Shown piece after piece: positions 43,346-57,672 of a DNA stretch of 64,000 nucleotides (position 1 is the first letter of the stretch; every line of letters begins with the position of its first letter). This DNA is from Eledone cirrhosa (Eukaryota): NCBI GenBank assembly GCA_964016885.1, contig OZ024754.1, forward strand, positions 26,970,001 through 27,034,000, in the 5' to 3' direction. A program made the position numbers and the translations under genes. The notes beneath the pieces were generated by a model. That model made no database searches, was not told the DNA's origin, and saw only the letters and a program-made list of their open reading frames with translations.

Positions 43346-46058
43346 GTTCTTTGAGTCTCAGTCATTGATGTTATTTAACTGGAAAGTTTGTTGAAATGAA
43401 TATCAATCCACTACCTACAGCCTCAGATATTCAGGACGTATCGGAGGGTTATTGCTGTTCCCAGCAAGCATGCCTTTTGAAGTGTTCCAAAAAGCGGGGC
43501 TGGACTAATCTTCTTTAACCATCCTTGGAAACTCTTTGAGATAGTACCTAGTGCGCTTATGACAATCGGGACGACCTTGATTTCATGGCAGTTCCAAATC
43601 CTTTTAAACTCCCACTTTAAGTCCTGGTATCAGTTAATTTTCTCCCTCTCCCTTTCTTGCACTCTCGTGTCAAATGGGCAGGCTACATCTACAATTAGGT
43701 ACGATCATTTTTCCTTGTACAAAACCACCAGGTCAGGCCTATTGTGTTCTAATTTCTTGTCCGTCTGTATCCTAAAATCCCATAGCACCTTCACCTAATC
43801 GTTTTCTATCACCGACTCTGGCTTATGCTCATACCACTTCTCAGAATGTGATAAATTGTTTACTTTGCATAGATGCCAGTCGATCACCCTGCTCATCACA
43901 TCGTGTATCCAGCCCTTATAGTGAGTCTGGGCTAGGTGTTTACACTCGGATACAATGTGAGCCACAGTCTCCTCTCTCTCTCCACAGATCCTACACAGTG
44001 AGCTAGCCTCCTCCTTGTAAATATGGTGTTTCACCCACTTCGTTCTGAGAGCCTGCTCTTGCGCAGCCAAAAGCATTCCTTCTGTAGCTTTTTTAAGGTC
44101 TCCTCTTTTTAACAAGTTACATGTCTGTGAATCTCTAAATTCAGTTTTCTTAAAGAAGGTACTATTAAGGGATTTTTCATGAAGGCTGCTCTTCCTCCTT
44201 GTTGTTATTTCCTCCTTGGACACCCCCTGGTCTATTGTCTTCTCCTTCAGTACAATTTTGAGCATTTGCTCCCTACTGTCAGTCACGTGTTTGTGCAGGT
44301 TGTTTTTCTCCATCTGAACACAGTCCTCTTTGCTGATAAGACCTCTTCCACCTTCAGATCTCTTTAAGTAGAGTCTATCGACATCACTCCTCTTGTGGAA
44401 CATGTTGTAGATAGTCAATAGCTTCCTAGTCTTCCTATCCATTTCTTCTTGTTCAGCAACATTCTATTTCAGAATTCCCGCACAGTACCTAATAATAGAC
44501 ACAGCTTGGGAATTCACTGCACTTATGACATTCCTACTATTTAGATGTGATTTTAATACGCTCCTTACTCTCCTTATGTACTCAGATCTTATCAATTCCT
44601 TCATTTTTTTTGTTCTTGATGTCATCTGCCCCCAGAACACCTAAATATTTGTATCCCTCCTCAGTCTCAATTTCTTTATCATCTCACCTGTTGGTACCTG
44701 GATTCCGTTGTTTCTGCTCAATTTACGCCTCTTCATCACTAGGACTCCACACTTATTAATACCAAATTCCATACATATAGCATGGCTGAAAATACGGACA
44801 GTGTCAACAAGTACATCCAACTCCTTCTCACTCTTCCCAAAGAGTTTAAGATCGTCCATGAAGAGGAGGTGGTTGATGGTAAACTCTCCTTTTCCCAACT
44901 TGTATCCTGCTCTTACTTTTCGCAATATAACGGTCAGGGGTATCAGGGCAAGGACAAACAGCAGAGGGGACAAACTATCTCCCTGGAAGATACCTCTCTT
45001 GATCTTCACGCGTCCCAAGAATTCTCCACCCGATGTTAACTCTGTTTTCCAGGACTTCATACTTTTGCTCAACAACTGTCTGATATTATCTGCCACCTTG
45101 AAGATCTCTAGGCTTTTGGTTATCCAAGAATGAGGTACCATGTCGAATGCCTTTTTGTAATCTATCCATCCCATGCCAAGACCAGGGTGCCTCCTCTTGA
45201 AATTCCTCATTACCATCTTATCAATAAATAACTGGTATTTTGTATCACGGGACTTCTTTCGGCATCTTTTCTGTTCGCCCGGTAACAAGTTGTGATGGTA
45301 GATTTCCTCAGACTCAATGCTTGTTAACAGCTTCCACATTACGGATAGACATGTGATAGGTCTATAGTTGGTAACATCATTACCCTTGATTCGGTCTTTC
45401 ATTACCAGAACTGTGGTACCTTTTGTCAACCACTCTGGTACTTCATCCGACATCAAGCAGTCATTGAACATGGTTGTCAGATTCGGGTGGACTTGTTATG
45501 TTTTTACTCCAATACCCTTGCACACCATCTGGGCCTGGTGATTTCCAGTTGGTTAGCTTTTTGGCCTGCCCTTTAAGAGTTTCAACTGTGATACTCAAAT
45601 CAGGTTGTTGGTGAGCCTGTTCACTAATCTCCTTTTGAACTGTCTCAATCCATACTGCCTGACTATTATGTTCAACATCCTGCTCTCATATTCCTCTCCA
45701 GAATGTTTTAGTCTGTTCCGCCTCAGGGATCACGTCGTTGCCTCTTTCTTTCCCTTCACGCTGTCCAAACAACATCTTCTGGTTGTTGTCAAACACGCGG
45801 TTCTATCTATACTGGCTGACTCTGTTCTCATACCGTCTAATCTTTGCACTTTTTGCTACAATGCGTTGCTTCACTTCCTCTATGACAATATTTACCTTTT
45901 CCCCCCTAGTTTTGTATTTTATTTCCAATCTAACTTTAGTGTCTATGTTTTGTAATGTCCCATTCAGTAAGGACTCATGCTTTCCAATGTCTTTTCTCAT
46001 TTCCTTGATTTGACCATTCAGTCGTTTCTTCCACCAAAGTTCTGATCTTTCTTGTTTG
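43346..46058 (-). mobile_element. 5'-truncated R4/Dong-clade LINE (RT, CCHC, restriction-like endonuclease), degenerate
   Basis: YRPITCL, WIDYKKAFDMVPH, GIFQGDSLSPLLF, HLLFMDDLKL, CRICGEREETVAHIVSEC, RPDLVV..IVDVACP. (TAA)n at both ends. Confidence 0.88.
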
Positions 46059-46620
46059 TTTATTATTATTATTATTGGCGACCTACGTAGTAAATCGTAT
46101 CATCGTGAGCTCCGCAAAGGTTTGTTATTTTCAGTTGTTCAAAATTGCCATTCATGGAAAATTTTATTGTTAATTGTATATAAGTGGGGTGTATATCAAG
46201 GGCGGTGCACCAGCATAGCCTCAGCCGGATGGCTGAAACAGGTAAAAGATAAGTGCACATACATTGTTATATGAAAAGGACACCCAAAAAGATGTTCTCA
46301 TACCGAGCCCAAAATTTAAACTTTTATAATTATCAACCAAACATTTTTTTGAAACATCATGGCTGACTCAGAGTCACTCCTTTCTCACAAACTAACACCT
46401 CACACCGACACCACCATTGTAAATATTACTACGTTTGCCAACACTAAAAAAATATAAGCAGTAGCAATATTTTAAATTTGTCTCAGGCAGACATTCATTT
46501 CCCGCCATTACCAATGACTGCAGGTGTTACAGCCACCACCACCACCATCACCGCGACAACCCCCCCACCACCGCGACAATAGAAACAAAAGAAAAAAATA
46601 AATTAACTCGTGATATCGAA

Positions 46621-48307
46621 ATGAATTCAACCAAAATGAACTCTTCCACACCGAACACCACTGACGCCACCACCACCACAACTGAAACTAAAATTAATAA
46701 TAACAAAAATAACGATAACAACAACAGCAACAATGACATTAAGAAAACCACCCTGAGTTTTGCCAGAGTAGCAAAACAGTGCGAAGCATTTCAGGTAACT
46801 CAGGAGGAATTAGAAGAAGCCAAAAAAAATGGTAAAGAAAGATGGGTACAGGGTCAGCCCCCCCCCCCACACACACCTAATAAAATGGAGCATCGGCGCC
46901 TATGCGCCGTGTCTTATCGAACAATTAATATAAAATCGCGCCGAGTGGAACGGGCATCCGAGTCCCAAATCCAAAAAGCTTTGGGACATGTGTGGGCAAA
47001 AATCCCACATCAGACGTGGGCTGAAGTATGGAACCGTGGACGTGTTCTTTGAAACACCACAGGAGGCTAGAGAACACTCCATGGCCCCTTTAAGAAGTGA
47101 CGACTTCACACTCGTCGCAAGCTATTGTGGCCAGAGACTCGTAAAGATCAGGGTGACCCACGTTCCACCGGCCATCGAAATTCCCTGGCTAATAGCTGCC
47201 ATCCTCGCCGGCATTGAAGTCAACACCAAGATAATCGAAATAGCGAAAGAAAAGCAGGAGAACTGGTCCGGATCTGGGATGGAGCTCCTGATCCAAGCGG
47301 ACCAAAAAAGCATTGAGGAGATCCCAGAGGTAAATAGACCTCACTGACGGCAGCCACCTCACCGTAATTGTCGAGGGCAGAAGGCCTAGGTGTGTCGTTT
47401 GTGGTGAAGGAACCCACCTAAGGGCTTTCTGCCCTCAGGGTAAAAGGTTGAGGCCACCTCTCCTACCTACCCCAGTTACTCAACCATCAACACCACCAGC
47501 AGCAGAGGTGGCAGCAACAACTGTAGCAGCAACAACAGAAGCAACTGTAACAGCAACAACCCCAGCAACAGTAGCAAAATCAACACCACCACCACCCAAC
47601 GCGCCAGAACTAGCACCAGCGCCTACACCATCCACCACGCCACAACCAAAACTAACGCCTGTGGAGGATTTTCCACTGCCCGGCCTATCACAACTGGAGA
47701 CAGATTGTGACGACGAGGAGTGGGAAACGGTATCAGGAAAAAAGAAAAAAAGAAACCCAAAAGAAAAAATTCTCTTCCTTCCCCCTCCAAAAACAAAATA
47801 CAGGGCGAAACAAATAAGCTATCAAACAAAAAAGTTAGGACAGATATGCCACCATCCACACCAGCATCACCAACCCCATCACCACAAACACCAACACCAT
47901 CACCATCATTAACCCCAACGCCACCATCACCAACACCACAAAAGTCACCAAAAAGCGAAACAGAAACAAACCCACAACAAACGCAAACAAAACAAAACAA
48001 CCAAAACGATACACACTACACAGCATTAAATTTGAACAACAACCAATTATTACACTACATCCAACACAACACCAGCATCACAGAAAAAGACTACACAACA
48101 ACCCAAAAGTTCACACCACCTCCACACATACAAATCACTCGCATCACACAGAAAACGTACATGACACTAAAACAAAAATTCCCCAAAGACATCGGAGACT
48201 TCCGACAAGCACTCTCCAGGAGGATTTATAAGGACATCCTTCCTGAGGAAGCCACAAGCAGTGAAAAAGATGGAGAAACCATCCTTCCTCTACGAGAAGT
48301 AAGGTAA
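46621..48307 (+). pseudogene. Tx1-type ORF1 (gag-like, CCHC knuckle, Pro/Thr-rich region), frameshifted
   Basis: Fragments 46621-47052, 46988-47347, 47448-47912 and 47720-48307. EGRRPRCVVCGEGTHLRAFC at about 47373-47432. Confidence 0.7.
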
Positions 48308-48927
48308 GTGGTCTTTCCCATCTTTTACACTCCATTTCAACATGACCTCACTCACAATAGGCAGCATAAGTGCGCGTGGCTTGGGGTCGTCATGGAAGCA
48401 GGGCCACCTGTTCAACGACCTCAGGTCATTAAACATAGATGTAGTGGCCATCAGCGAGACTAGAATCTCCGAAGCACGGGCCTTCGCACCGATCTTCGGC
48501 GGCTACGATGTGTACGCATCTCCCAGCCGTCCGGGATAGGGGGGAGGAGTTGCTGTGCTTTTTCGGAGAGGCTTGGATCTCGCCATACGGGCGATCTTCC
48601 TGGACCCAGAAGGTAAGTTGATGGTGCTAGACGTGACCAGCGGAGACGGGCAAGCTTTCAGGCTAGTGGCCGTCTATGCCCCGACAGGAGCAGGGCGGCC
48701 TGATTTCTTCCGGCGTCTGGAGAGCTTTCTTGGAACGTCCCGCTCTTTAGTGTTAGTGGGCGACTGGAACGGGATCTTAGATGCACGCTGGGACTGTGTG
48801 GGATCAGTGGATTGGGGAGGAGGGTGCAAGAGCCTCACCAACCTGCTCAGGCGTTTTGAACCGTCTGACAGGTACCGATTGGATTTCCCGAATGTACCAA
48901 TGTGGACTTGGACAAATCGCATAGGGT

Positions 48928-49391
48928 TGTAGTGACTGAGATGGTCGCTTAGCAACTAGCAGGTGCCTACCCTTAACAACTCTTCAGAGAGCGGAGGCAA
49001 GATACATCCGGTCACAGACGCGGGTTTGCTCACTCTCTTTGGACCGCGGACATGAACAGACGTGAAAGGATTCGCTCCTCAAAAAATATTAACCATGCTG
49101 ACTTCGTGAGGGACTATGTGAAAATGCCCTCCTTCGGATCAAGGACGCCACGATATCTCGACTAATATGCATTCGCTTATTCCTTCGTTATTCCTGCAGC
49201 GGAGAATATAATTACACTACTTCTATTAACCCACAAGGTATGTTTGAATTGACATTGTACATAATTTATTAAATGTTGTATTTAATAAAGAATCGTTGAT
49301 TTTTGACTGTTCACCCCCCTTCTGGAGTCATTTATTTCTACAAAGAGAAACGATGTATTGTCCATTCATCTACAATCATTCGTTTCCTTTA
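48928..49391 (+). repeat. 5' LTR
   Basis: TGTAGTGACT...TTTCCTTTA, directly repeated at 54076-54539. Confidence 0.95.
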
Positions 49392-49392
49392 T

Positions 49393-49410
49393 TGGTGACC
49401 CCGACGTGAT
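49393..49410 (+). promoter_or_regulatory. Primer-binding site complementary to the tRNA-Trp 3' end
   Basis: TGGTGACCCCGACGTGAT is the reverse complement of the metazoan tRNA-Trp end ATCACGTCGGGGTCACCA. Confidence 0.85.
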
Positions 49411-49674
49411 TCCAATACGCGGATACTAAAAAAAAAAACTTTTTTCTTTGGTTTGAATCCAAACCTTTTCCAAAAAAACAAAAAAACTCTTAAATGCAAG
49501 TCTTCTAAAAAGGAAGAAGGAAAACAAGATTTCTAAACTCTGTTCGCTGTTTACACTGTGAACATTTTTTCTTTCCTGATTTTCACTGTCATTTCCTCAT
49601 GAACATTTTTTAAATGGCCGACATTTTCCCGCCATTCTGCGTGTCTTCTTCCTTTTGCGGTTTTCCCGCGCACA

Positions 49675-50616
49675 GTGTATCTTCTTCAAACCTTCGGCAA
49701 TCATGAATCCACATCATTTGCCGACCTTCGCAGGCGACATCAAATTATGGTTTTCGTAGCTCGAGTGTATTTTGATTTGACCCACACCAAAAAACAGCAT
49801 AAATTGAAGGTGCTTATTAACGGCCTGCCTGTTTCTTTGGCATATTCCGTAAAGGATGTTATAACGAATTTAGCTGAAGATGTAACCTATGGCTCATTAA
49901 AACTAGAAATTCTTCGTAGGAATACTAGGTCTGTGGAGAGCCGTTTTCGGGAATTATTGGAGGATGCACAGATGGGTGACAGAACGCCAACCTCCTATTT
50001 GCGACATCTACGTGAGCTGAGCGACTCCCAAGGAATTGATACATTCTTCATTAAACAGCTATTTTTCTCCCGTTTACCGCCAAGTGCGCAAATGGTCTTG
50101 GTCAATAATTTGGAGAGGGAGTCGTTAGATCAACTTGCCGCATCCGCGGATAGAATACTAGAGGTGGACTCTAACAGCAGTCGGTATAATCCTTGTGTGG
50201 CCTCTTCTTCTGTTCCCCCACGCAATTCTTCTGTTGCCGACAGCAAACTGTTGGAGATGATCGAAGCGCTCACCCAAAAAGTGGAGGATTTGACCGTACA
50301 ACATAGAGAGTCTTCTCAACGTTTAAGGTACCGTTCGCCTCCGTCTGCTATTCCTCGAAACCGCTACGAGTACCGTTCGCCACCGTCTTCTGTTCCTCGC
50401 CAACACTACACTTCAGGCAGCAGTAATTCTTCGATTTGTTGGTATCATGTTAACTTTGGCAGTCGGGCGCCTTGTAACTATAGGAGTTCGGAAAAACGCA
50501 AAGCAGATCCACTAGGGGCGGCTAGTGAACTCTGGGAAAATCCACCGAACCGCCATCTTTTCGTATACGACCCGAGGTCTAAAAAATTTTCCCTGTCAAT
50601 ACTGGCGCGTCGCTGA
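49675..50616 (+). pseudogene. Gypsy gag remnant
   Basis: Y..LK..IL.R, LL...MGDRTPT.YLR.LR, LF..RLP, LA..AD.I, ICWYH.NFG..A..C. Confidence 0.8.
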
Positions 50617-53490
50617 GTATTTGGCCTGTCAGTTATCTCCAAAAACCCCCATCTGAATCAAATATCAATTTACGAGCAGTCAACCACACGGCCATTCGAA
50701 TGTACGGGCAAATTTCGCTTCCTCTTCGGTTTAAAAATTTGCGTCGTGATTGAAGTGGAAGTTTACTATCGCCGACTTGCCATACGCCATTTTGGGAGCG
50801 GATTTCCTCCACCATTTTTCCTTGTCGATTGACATCCGCAGACAACGACTTTTTGATGCTAATACAGGCCTATCGTTCGAGGGTACAAAGCCGGAGATCG
50901 CCACAGTAAGCCCTGCTTTTTTCTTGGCTGAAGTGGGCAACCAGTATCACAGTTTGTTAAAATCATTCCCACAGCTGATGCAAGGAAGATTACGAATTGC
51001 TAGTCCGGATCATGTGATTGAACACTTTATATCCACTACAGGTCCACCTGTTTTCTCACGTCCTCGAAGATTATCTGCAGAGAAGTTGAAAGCTGCACGT
51101 CTTGAATTCGACCACATGCTTAAATTAGGAATAATTCGGCGTTCCACAAGTCCTTGGGCATCGCCTCTGCATATGGTACTTAAATCTTCTGGTGATTGGA
51201 GACCGACGGGTGACTACCGACGCTTAAACGCGATTACTGAACCTGACCGTTATCCAATACCGCATTTGCAGGATTTTGCATCGTCATTGCAGGGTTGCAG
51301 AATCTTTTCTAAGTTTGATTTGATCCGCGCTTATAAGCAAATTCCGGTTAAAAAGGAGGATATTCCAAAGACTGCTATTGCCACTCCTTTCGGATCATTC
51401 GAGTTCCTCACTATGCTTTCGGACTTAGAAATGCTGCAAGTACCTTCCAACGATTCATGGATGATGTCACTCGTGGGCTCGATTTTGTCTACACTTATAT
51501 CGATGATGTACTGATTGCTAGTTCTTCTCCTGAACAACATTCCAAAGCATCTGGATCTCGTATTTCGTCGTTTACAGAGATATAATGTTCGTATTAATGC
51601 TTCCAAGTGTGTTTTCGGCTCGACCTCACTAACATTTTTAGGCCATCTGATTGACGCCGATGGTATTCAACCTTTTCCTGAGAAGGTTAAGGCAGTATCG
51701 GATTTGCCTCCGCCAAGTTCATTGCGACAATTACGTCAATTCTTAGGCCTTGTAAATTTTTATAGGCGATTCGTACCTGGTTGTTCCAACTTGCTGTTCT
51801 CGTTGAAAGAAATTTTTAAAAATTGCCGGCGTAAGAATATGGACATTTCCTTAAATAAAACGCAGCTTGAGGATTTTAAAAAAGTGAAAAAGGCGTTAGC
51901 GAGCGCGTCTTTGCTCGCCAACCCAGTACCCAACGCCGAGCTATCGCTCTGTGTTGATGCGTCGGATACCGCCGTGGGCGCAGTCTTACAGCAGAAGTGT
52001 GAGGGGTTACAGCAACCACTCGAGTTCTTTTCGAGAAAGTTAAATCCTGCCGAAACTCGCTATAGCACCTTTGGAAGGGAGCTATTAGCAATTTATTTAT
52101 CAGTGAAACATTTTGCTCATGTACTTAAAGGTAGAACGTTCACTATTTTCACTGATCATAAACCTTTGACGTTTGCTCTTCGAACTAAAGCAGACAAATA
52201 CTCGCCCAGAGAAACGAGACATCTGGACTTCATCTCACAGTTCACGAACGACATTCAACATATTCCGGGTTCTTTTAATACAACGGCCGATGCGCTGTCT
52301 CGCCTGCCGATCGCATCGATTTCGTCTTCCGAGGAGATAGATTTACATCGAATGGTAGCTGCCCAACCCACTCTCGAATCGTTGGATGTTACATCGCCAG
52401 AGTTTGTACATTGCAAACTGAAATACATTCCGATCTCAACTGCTGACGGACAAATACTGTGTGACGTTTCGTTGGACTCACCACGACCTCTAGTCCCAGT
52501 GGAACATCGACGAACTGTGTTTCTCGCTTTACATGGCATTTCTCACCCAGGAGTATCAGCCTCAGTAAAACTCATAACAGCCAGATTTTTCTGGCCTGGT
52601 ATGAGACGTGACATTGCTGCTTGGTGCCGTTCCTGTGTCGCTTGCCAAAAGTCAAAGGTTTATAAGCACGTTAAAACTCCTCTCGGAACTTTCACCTGTC
52701 CTGATGCCAGATTCCGTCACATTCATGTGGACATCGTCGGCCCGTGGCCGATTAGTCGTGGTTATTCGTATATTTTGACGATCGTTGACCGTTTTTCGCG
52801 TTGGCCTGAAGCCATCCCTATGACAGATATCACTGCCGAAACGACAGCGCGTACTCTCGTATCTGCATGGATCGCTCGTTTTGGAGTACCAACCACAATA
52901 ACAACGGACCGCGGTCGTCAATTTGAATCGAACCTCTTCCGTGAATTAACACAAATTATTGGCGCTACTCGCATAAGAACCACGGCATATCATCCAGCAT
53001 CAAACGGAATGGTGGAAAGATTCCACAGACAGCTTAAAGCCCCTTTAAGGGCTTCAATGGACTCTTCACGTTGGAGTGAGTACCTACCTATTGTGTTGTT
53101 AGGTATTCGGTCGACAATAAAGGTGGACCTTGGGTTCTCCCCGGCCGAATTGATTTATGGTACTCCTCTTGCGTTACCGGGGCAAATGCTTGCCCCTGTT
53201 GATCTTGTTTCGCAGGATCCCGCTTCCTACGTGTCCCGGCTTCATTCTTACTTCCAGGATTTACCACCGATGGACACTAGCAAGCAAACTGTAAAAACTG
53301 CCGTCCCAAAGGATATTGCCTTGTGGACACATGTGTTCGTTAGAGACGACGCCGTGAGACCCCCTCTTCAACGGCCGTACTCTGGACCCTATCGTGTGCT
53401 TGCTCGCACAGACAAACATTTCACACTGGACATTTTGGGGTTCCAGGGAAACGGTTTCCGTTGATCGTCTCAAACGAGCAAACCTGGACA
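50560..53490 (+). pseudogene. Gypsy pol (protease, RT, RNase H, integrase), frameshifted
   Basis: [34 protein letters not shown] (shifted frame), VDASD, ELLAI, TDHKPL, ADALSR, H..H/C..C, HVDIVG, TTDRG.QF, NGMVER, GPY. Confidence 0.92.
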
Positions 53491-54075
53491 ATGACACAAT
53501 GACACTTGAAACTCAAATGCCCCTTTCTTTTTCTTCGCCATATACGCCTATTTCTTCTCCCCCCCCCACCATCAACATACAGAACTACGACCCGTTCTGG
53601 GCGAAGGGTGCATTGGCCCCGTAAGCTATGCAGTAATATAAACTGAATTGTATTCTTTTCTTCTTCCAATTGTTTTTGCTGTATATTTCATTGTGTTGCT
53701 TTTTGATTCCTGACTGCCTACGGCAGTGTCAATATATGTTATTTTTCGTAACATTACGACTGTTGTCAATTCTGACACAGTCCATTTTTTTAGTGCATTT
53801 TTATAGCTATGCTACATATGGCATTTTCATTGCCTAGCAAAATTTTTTTGTTTTGTTTATCGCATTTGGGGCCCCTTTATTGCGAAGAGTGTTATCTTTT
53901 CATGCATTTTGCATCTTTTGCTGTACATTTTTTCTGTGTTAATGCTTGCAGACATGAACCTATTTCTTTTTTTCATAATTTGTTGATACATGCTTCTACA
54001 TTTTGTAAACTACCTTGTGAGTCCTTCGCTTCATCGTTAACGATTTTTCGACAAAAAAATCTGCTCCGAGGTGAA

Positions 54076-54539
54076 TGTAGTGACTGAGATGGTCGCTTAG
54101 CAACTAGCAGTTGCCTCCCCTTAACAACTCTTCAGAGAGCGGAGGCAAGATACATCCGGTCACAGACACGGGTTTGCTCACTCCCTTTGGACCGCGGACA
54201 TGAACAGACGTGAAAGGATTCGCTCCTCAAAAAATATTAACCATGCTGGCTTCGTGAGGGACGATCTGAACATGCCCTCCTTCGGATCAAGGACGCCACG
54301 ATATCTCGACTAATATGCATTCGCTTATTCCTTCGTTATTCCTGCAGCGGAGAATATAATTACACTACTTCTATTAACCCACAAGGTATGTTTGAATTGA
54401 CATTATACATAATTTATTAAATGTTGCATTTAATAAAGAGTCGTTGATTTTTGACTGTTCACCCCCCTTCTTGAGTCATTTATTTCTACAAAGAGAAACG
54501 ATGTATTGTCCATTCATCTACAATCATTCGTTTCCTTTA
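54076..54539 (+). repeat. 3' LTR
   Basis: Direct repeat of 48928-49391 (about 12 substitutions by eye), followed by the GGGT TSD. Confidence 0.95.
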
Positions 54540-57500
54540 GGGTCATCCAGATCATATCTAGATAGAGTATTTTGTAGGGAAATAGATAGGTCTAGCATAG
54601 GCTGTCCACAATTCAAGATAGTCAGCTACACAGACCACAAATTCGTGATCTGTGTGCTTGACTTAGATAGGCTTCATAGACGAGGACCCGGCTACTGGAA
54701 GATAAACGCGTCCTTACCAGCGCGCAAGGCCTACAGAGACCGGATTAGCGAACTAGTTAAGCGGGCGTTGACTGGGGCCATCGTCAACAACAAGTGGTGG
54801 TTTGCTCTGAAAAGAGCAATTAGAATAGAGCCCATTAGGTTTAGTAAGGCTTTAGCAATAGAGAAAAATAGAGCAGAGGGAGAATTAGTTAGAAAATTAG
54901 ACGAGGCGCTTAGCAAAGGCATCGCGACCGACGTACTTGCGGCGAAATTAGCCCTTGACCAATTCTTCAATGCAAAGCACGAAGGCTGCGTTGTCAGAGC
55001 TAGGGTGCGTGCTCTCAGACACGACGGGACGAAAGCCATTCAATGGGCCCGAGTGGCGGAGGCGCGTCGTGGCAACAAAGCCACGATCCGGTCTTTGGTG
55101 GACCACGAGGGGCGCATGCTACTCGATCCCGCGCAAAGTGTGAAGCTTTTCAGCGACACTTCGTACAGCTGTCCGTGGGCAGCGGCGGGCCGGATCGAGG
55201 GATGGACTCTAGTGTCTACCTCGACGGACTGCCGTGGCTCTCGGTCACTGAGGTGGAGTGTTGCGAAAAGCCGATAACAGCCGCTGAAGTACGCGAGGCA
55301 ATGACTGGCTGCACAAGGGGTAAATCACCTGGTTTGGATGGTCTGCCCTATGAACTTTACGTACAAATGCCAGACTTGTTCGGAGGCCTCTTGGCGGACG
55401 TCTACTGCAACTGGCAACAGAACGGGAGAATTCCCAGCTTTGTGAGCCGAGGAGCTGTGGCGCTGCTGAGAAAGGATCCGAACAAGGGGGATACCATAGA
55501 TAATTTCAGGCCCATAACTCTGCTAAACACAGAGTTCAAGATTTTGGTCAAGGTGCTAGCAAAGAGGTTGGCGCTTGTCGTTGGTGGCCTGGTGGGAGAG
55601 GCGCAGACGTGCGCAATTCCCGACAGATCCATCCACGACAACCTCCACCTCATGCGATACATCGTAGAGAGGGTAGCTATGGAACTTGGCACGGGTGGGT
55701 CCTTGATCAATTTAGATCACTCGAAAGCTTTCGAAAGGGTCGACCATCGTTACCTAGCGGCAGTCCTGAGGGCGGCTGGCTTTGGGCCTGTCTTCAGAGG
55801 CTGGATCGCTGCCATGCACAGCGACATCTGCTCTGTGCTGAGAGTGAACGGTCACCTTTCGGAACCGTTCAACATCATGCGCTCCGTCCGCAAAGGATGC
55901 CCCCTCTCGTCCCTCTTGTACGTATTGACTCTCGAGCCATTACTGCACAAACTGGAGACGTTGAGGGGGGTCCCGCGCGAACTAGGATGCGGAAGATCCA
56001 TGTCAGCATATGCGGACGATGTCACCGTAGTGGTGTCGAACGCCAAACACATCGAGGCGATCGGCACTACACTAAAAGAATACGAAGCGGTGACAGGAGC
56101 AATGATCAACCAGGAAAAGTCAGTGGGCCTGCAGCTCGGCATCTGGAGAGGCAGGTCCATGCCGTCCAACAGCGTCGTCGGGCGCTGGACGGACGGACCG
56201 GTTAAGTTGCTAGGGGTCTGGTTCGGTCCGGACCTCCAGACGGACAAAAACTGGGACGAGGTGACGAGCAGGGTGGGTTCTCTCACCCAGAAATGGGCGG
56301 AGAGAAAGCTATCCCTGAAAGGTCGAGCGGAGGTGGCTAACGCGTATATCGCGTCCGTCATCTACTACCGCCTGACCGTCGTACCTTGTCCTAAGCCCCG
56401 CCTGACTGCACTGGAGCGTTTGCTCTTTCGCTTTTTGTGGAAGGGACGCGCTCCGATGGTCAGGCGGTCCATCTGCTGTCGACACCCGCTACGTGGGGGG
56501 CTGGGAATGCCGTGGATGATTATGCGCAGACACGCGCTCAGGCTACGACATCTCCACCTCTTCCTCGACGGTGATCAGGTGTGGTCGCCGTTTGCTAGAC
56601 ACGTCTTTCCCCAGCTCGTCTCCTTGACGGAGCTGCAGTCCTGGGTCAAGCGAAAACCGAGAGGGAGCGCTTGGAGACTGGAATGTCTTCAGGCGCTCAC
56701 AGCCCTCGATCAATCGGGCAATGTGATCGGTGGAAACTCCACCTTGGCGTTCTATAGAGGATTAGTGGAGGGGAAGAGCGACGACGTACTTGGAGAAACT
56801 CTAGGCGTCGACGAAAATCAACTAGCCAATCTCTTCGGAAGGACTTTCGGGCCGGGGCCTATGGACAACTTCCAGAAATCCCTGGCCTGGCAGTGCTACC
56901 AAGGAGCTTTGCCAGTTCGGGATAAACTCTACAGGCATGGAGGTGCCGTCAGCCGGGCATGTCCGAGATGCGCGCAGGGCGACGAAACCGTTCTGCACGC
57001 ACTCGTCCAGTGTCCGAGCATTGTTGACTTGTGGGTTTATGTTGAACACCTGCTGTCACGTGTAGGACGGATCCGGCTATCAGCTGAGTCCATCGTGAGG
57101 ATTGCCCCGCCCTCTTCCTTTAGCCGGGAAGGGCAGGCAGTTTTTATCTGTCTGGTGGCCATGGCGAAAGAGATAGTATGGTGGACACGTTTGAAAGGGC
57201 TGAAGACGAGCACTTACCTCTTCGGTGATGCCCTGATTAACTTTTTCAAATTTCATTTGAAAAGGAAAATCAGGGTAGAGAGGGAAGTGCTCTCTTCCCA
57301 GCATTTTGTTGAAAGATGGGTGAGAGAAGCAAGTATGGCCCGTGTGAATGGGCCTACTCTGAGTATCTGTTTGTAAATTAAAGGTGGAAAACTGGGAGAG
57401 GGCACTTGCCCTGGTGGTCAGTGTCACTGTGGCCTTTTAATGGGCTTTCTCCACAAATGTCCCTCTGAAGTCTCCCCCCTATTGGGGAATTTTTCATTGC

Positions 57501-57672
57501 TATTTTTTTTATTACATCCTCTCTTTTTTTTACACGCAGAAATGCCCATTTGTACCGTCCTGTATTGTCCTGTACTGTCCTTAATGTCTACTTTATGTAA
57601 ACCCTTGTGGTTAATAAAGAAAGCATATTTGTCTTGTGTACATTTTTCATTGTGTTTTATTATTATTATTAT

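Larger units (their letters stand above)
48928..54539 (+). mobile_element. Complete Ty3/Gypsy LTR retrotransposon (degenerate ORFs)
   Basis: Two 464-bp LTRs, GGGT TSD, PBS, and gag-PR-RT-RNaseH-IN domain order. Confidence 0.95.
48342..57376 (+). pseudogene. Tx1-type ORF2 (APE endonuclease, RT, zinc finger), split by Gypsy at 48928-54543
   Basis: SARGL, AISET, VYAP, LVGDWN, YLDR, TDH, GYWKIN, KSPGLDG, FRPITLLN, SAYADD, CPRC..ETVLHALVQC. Confidence 0.9.
46078..57625 (+). mobile_element. Apparently full-length L1/Tx1-clade LINE, interrupted by a Gypsy element
   Basis: ORF1 with zinc knuckle; ORF2 with APE, RT and Cys motif; AATAAA near 57613; (att)n at both flanks. Confidence 0.85.

Noticed and set aside
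55402-57427. Antisense and alternate-frame ORFs over the Tx1 ORF2 (similar cases over Gypsy and Dong)
   Set aside because: These are shadow ORFs of GC-rich coding sequence.
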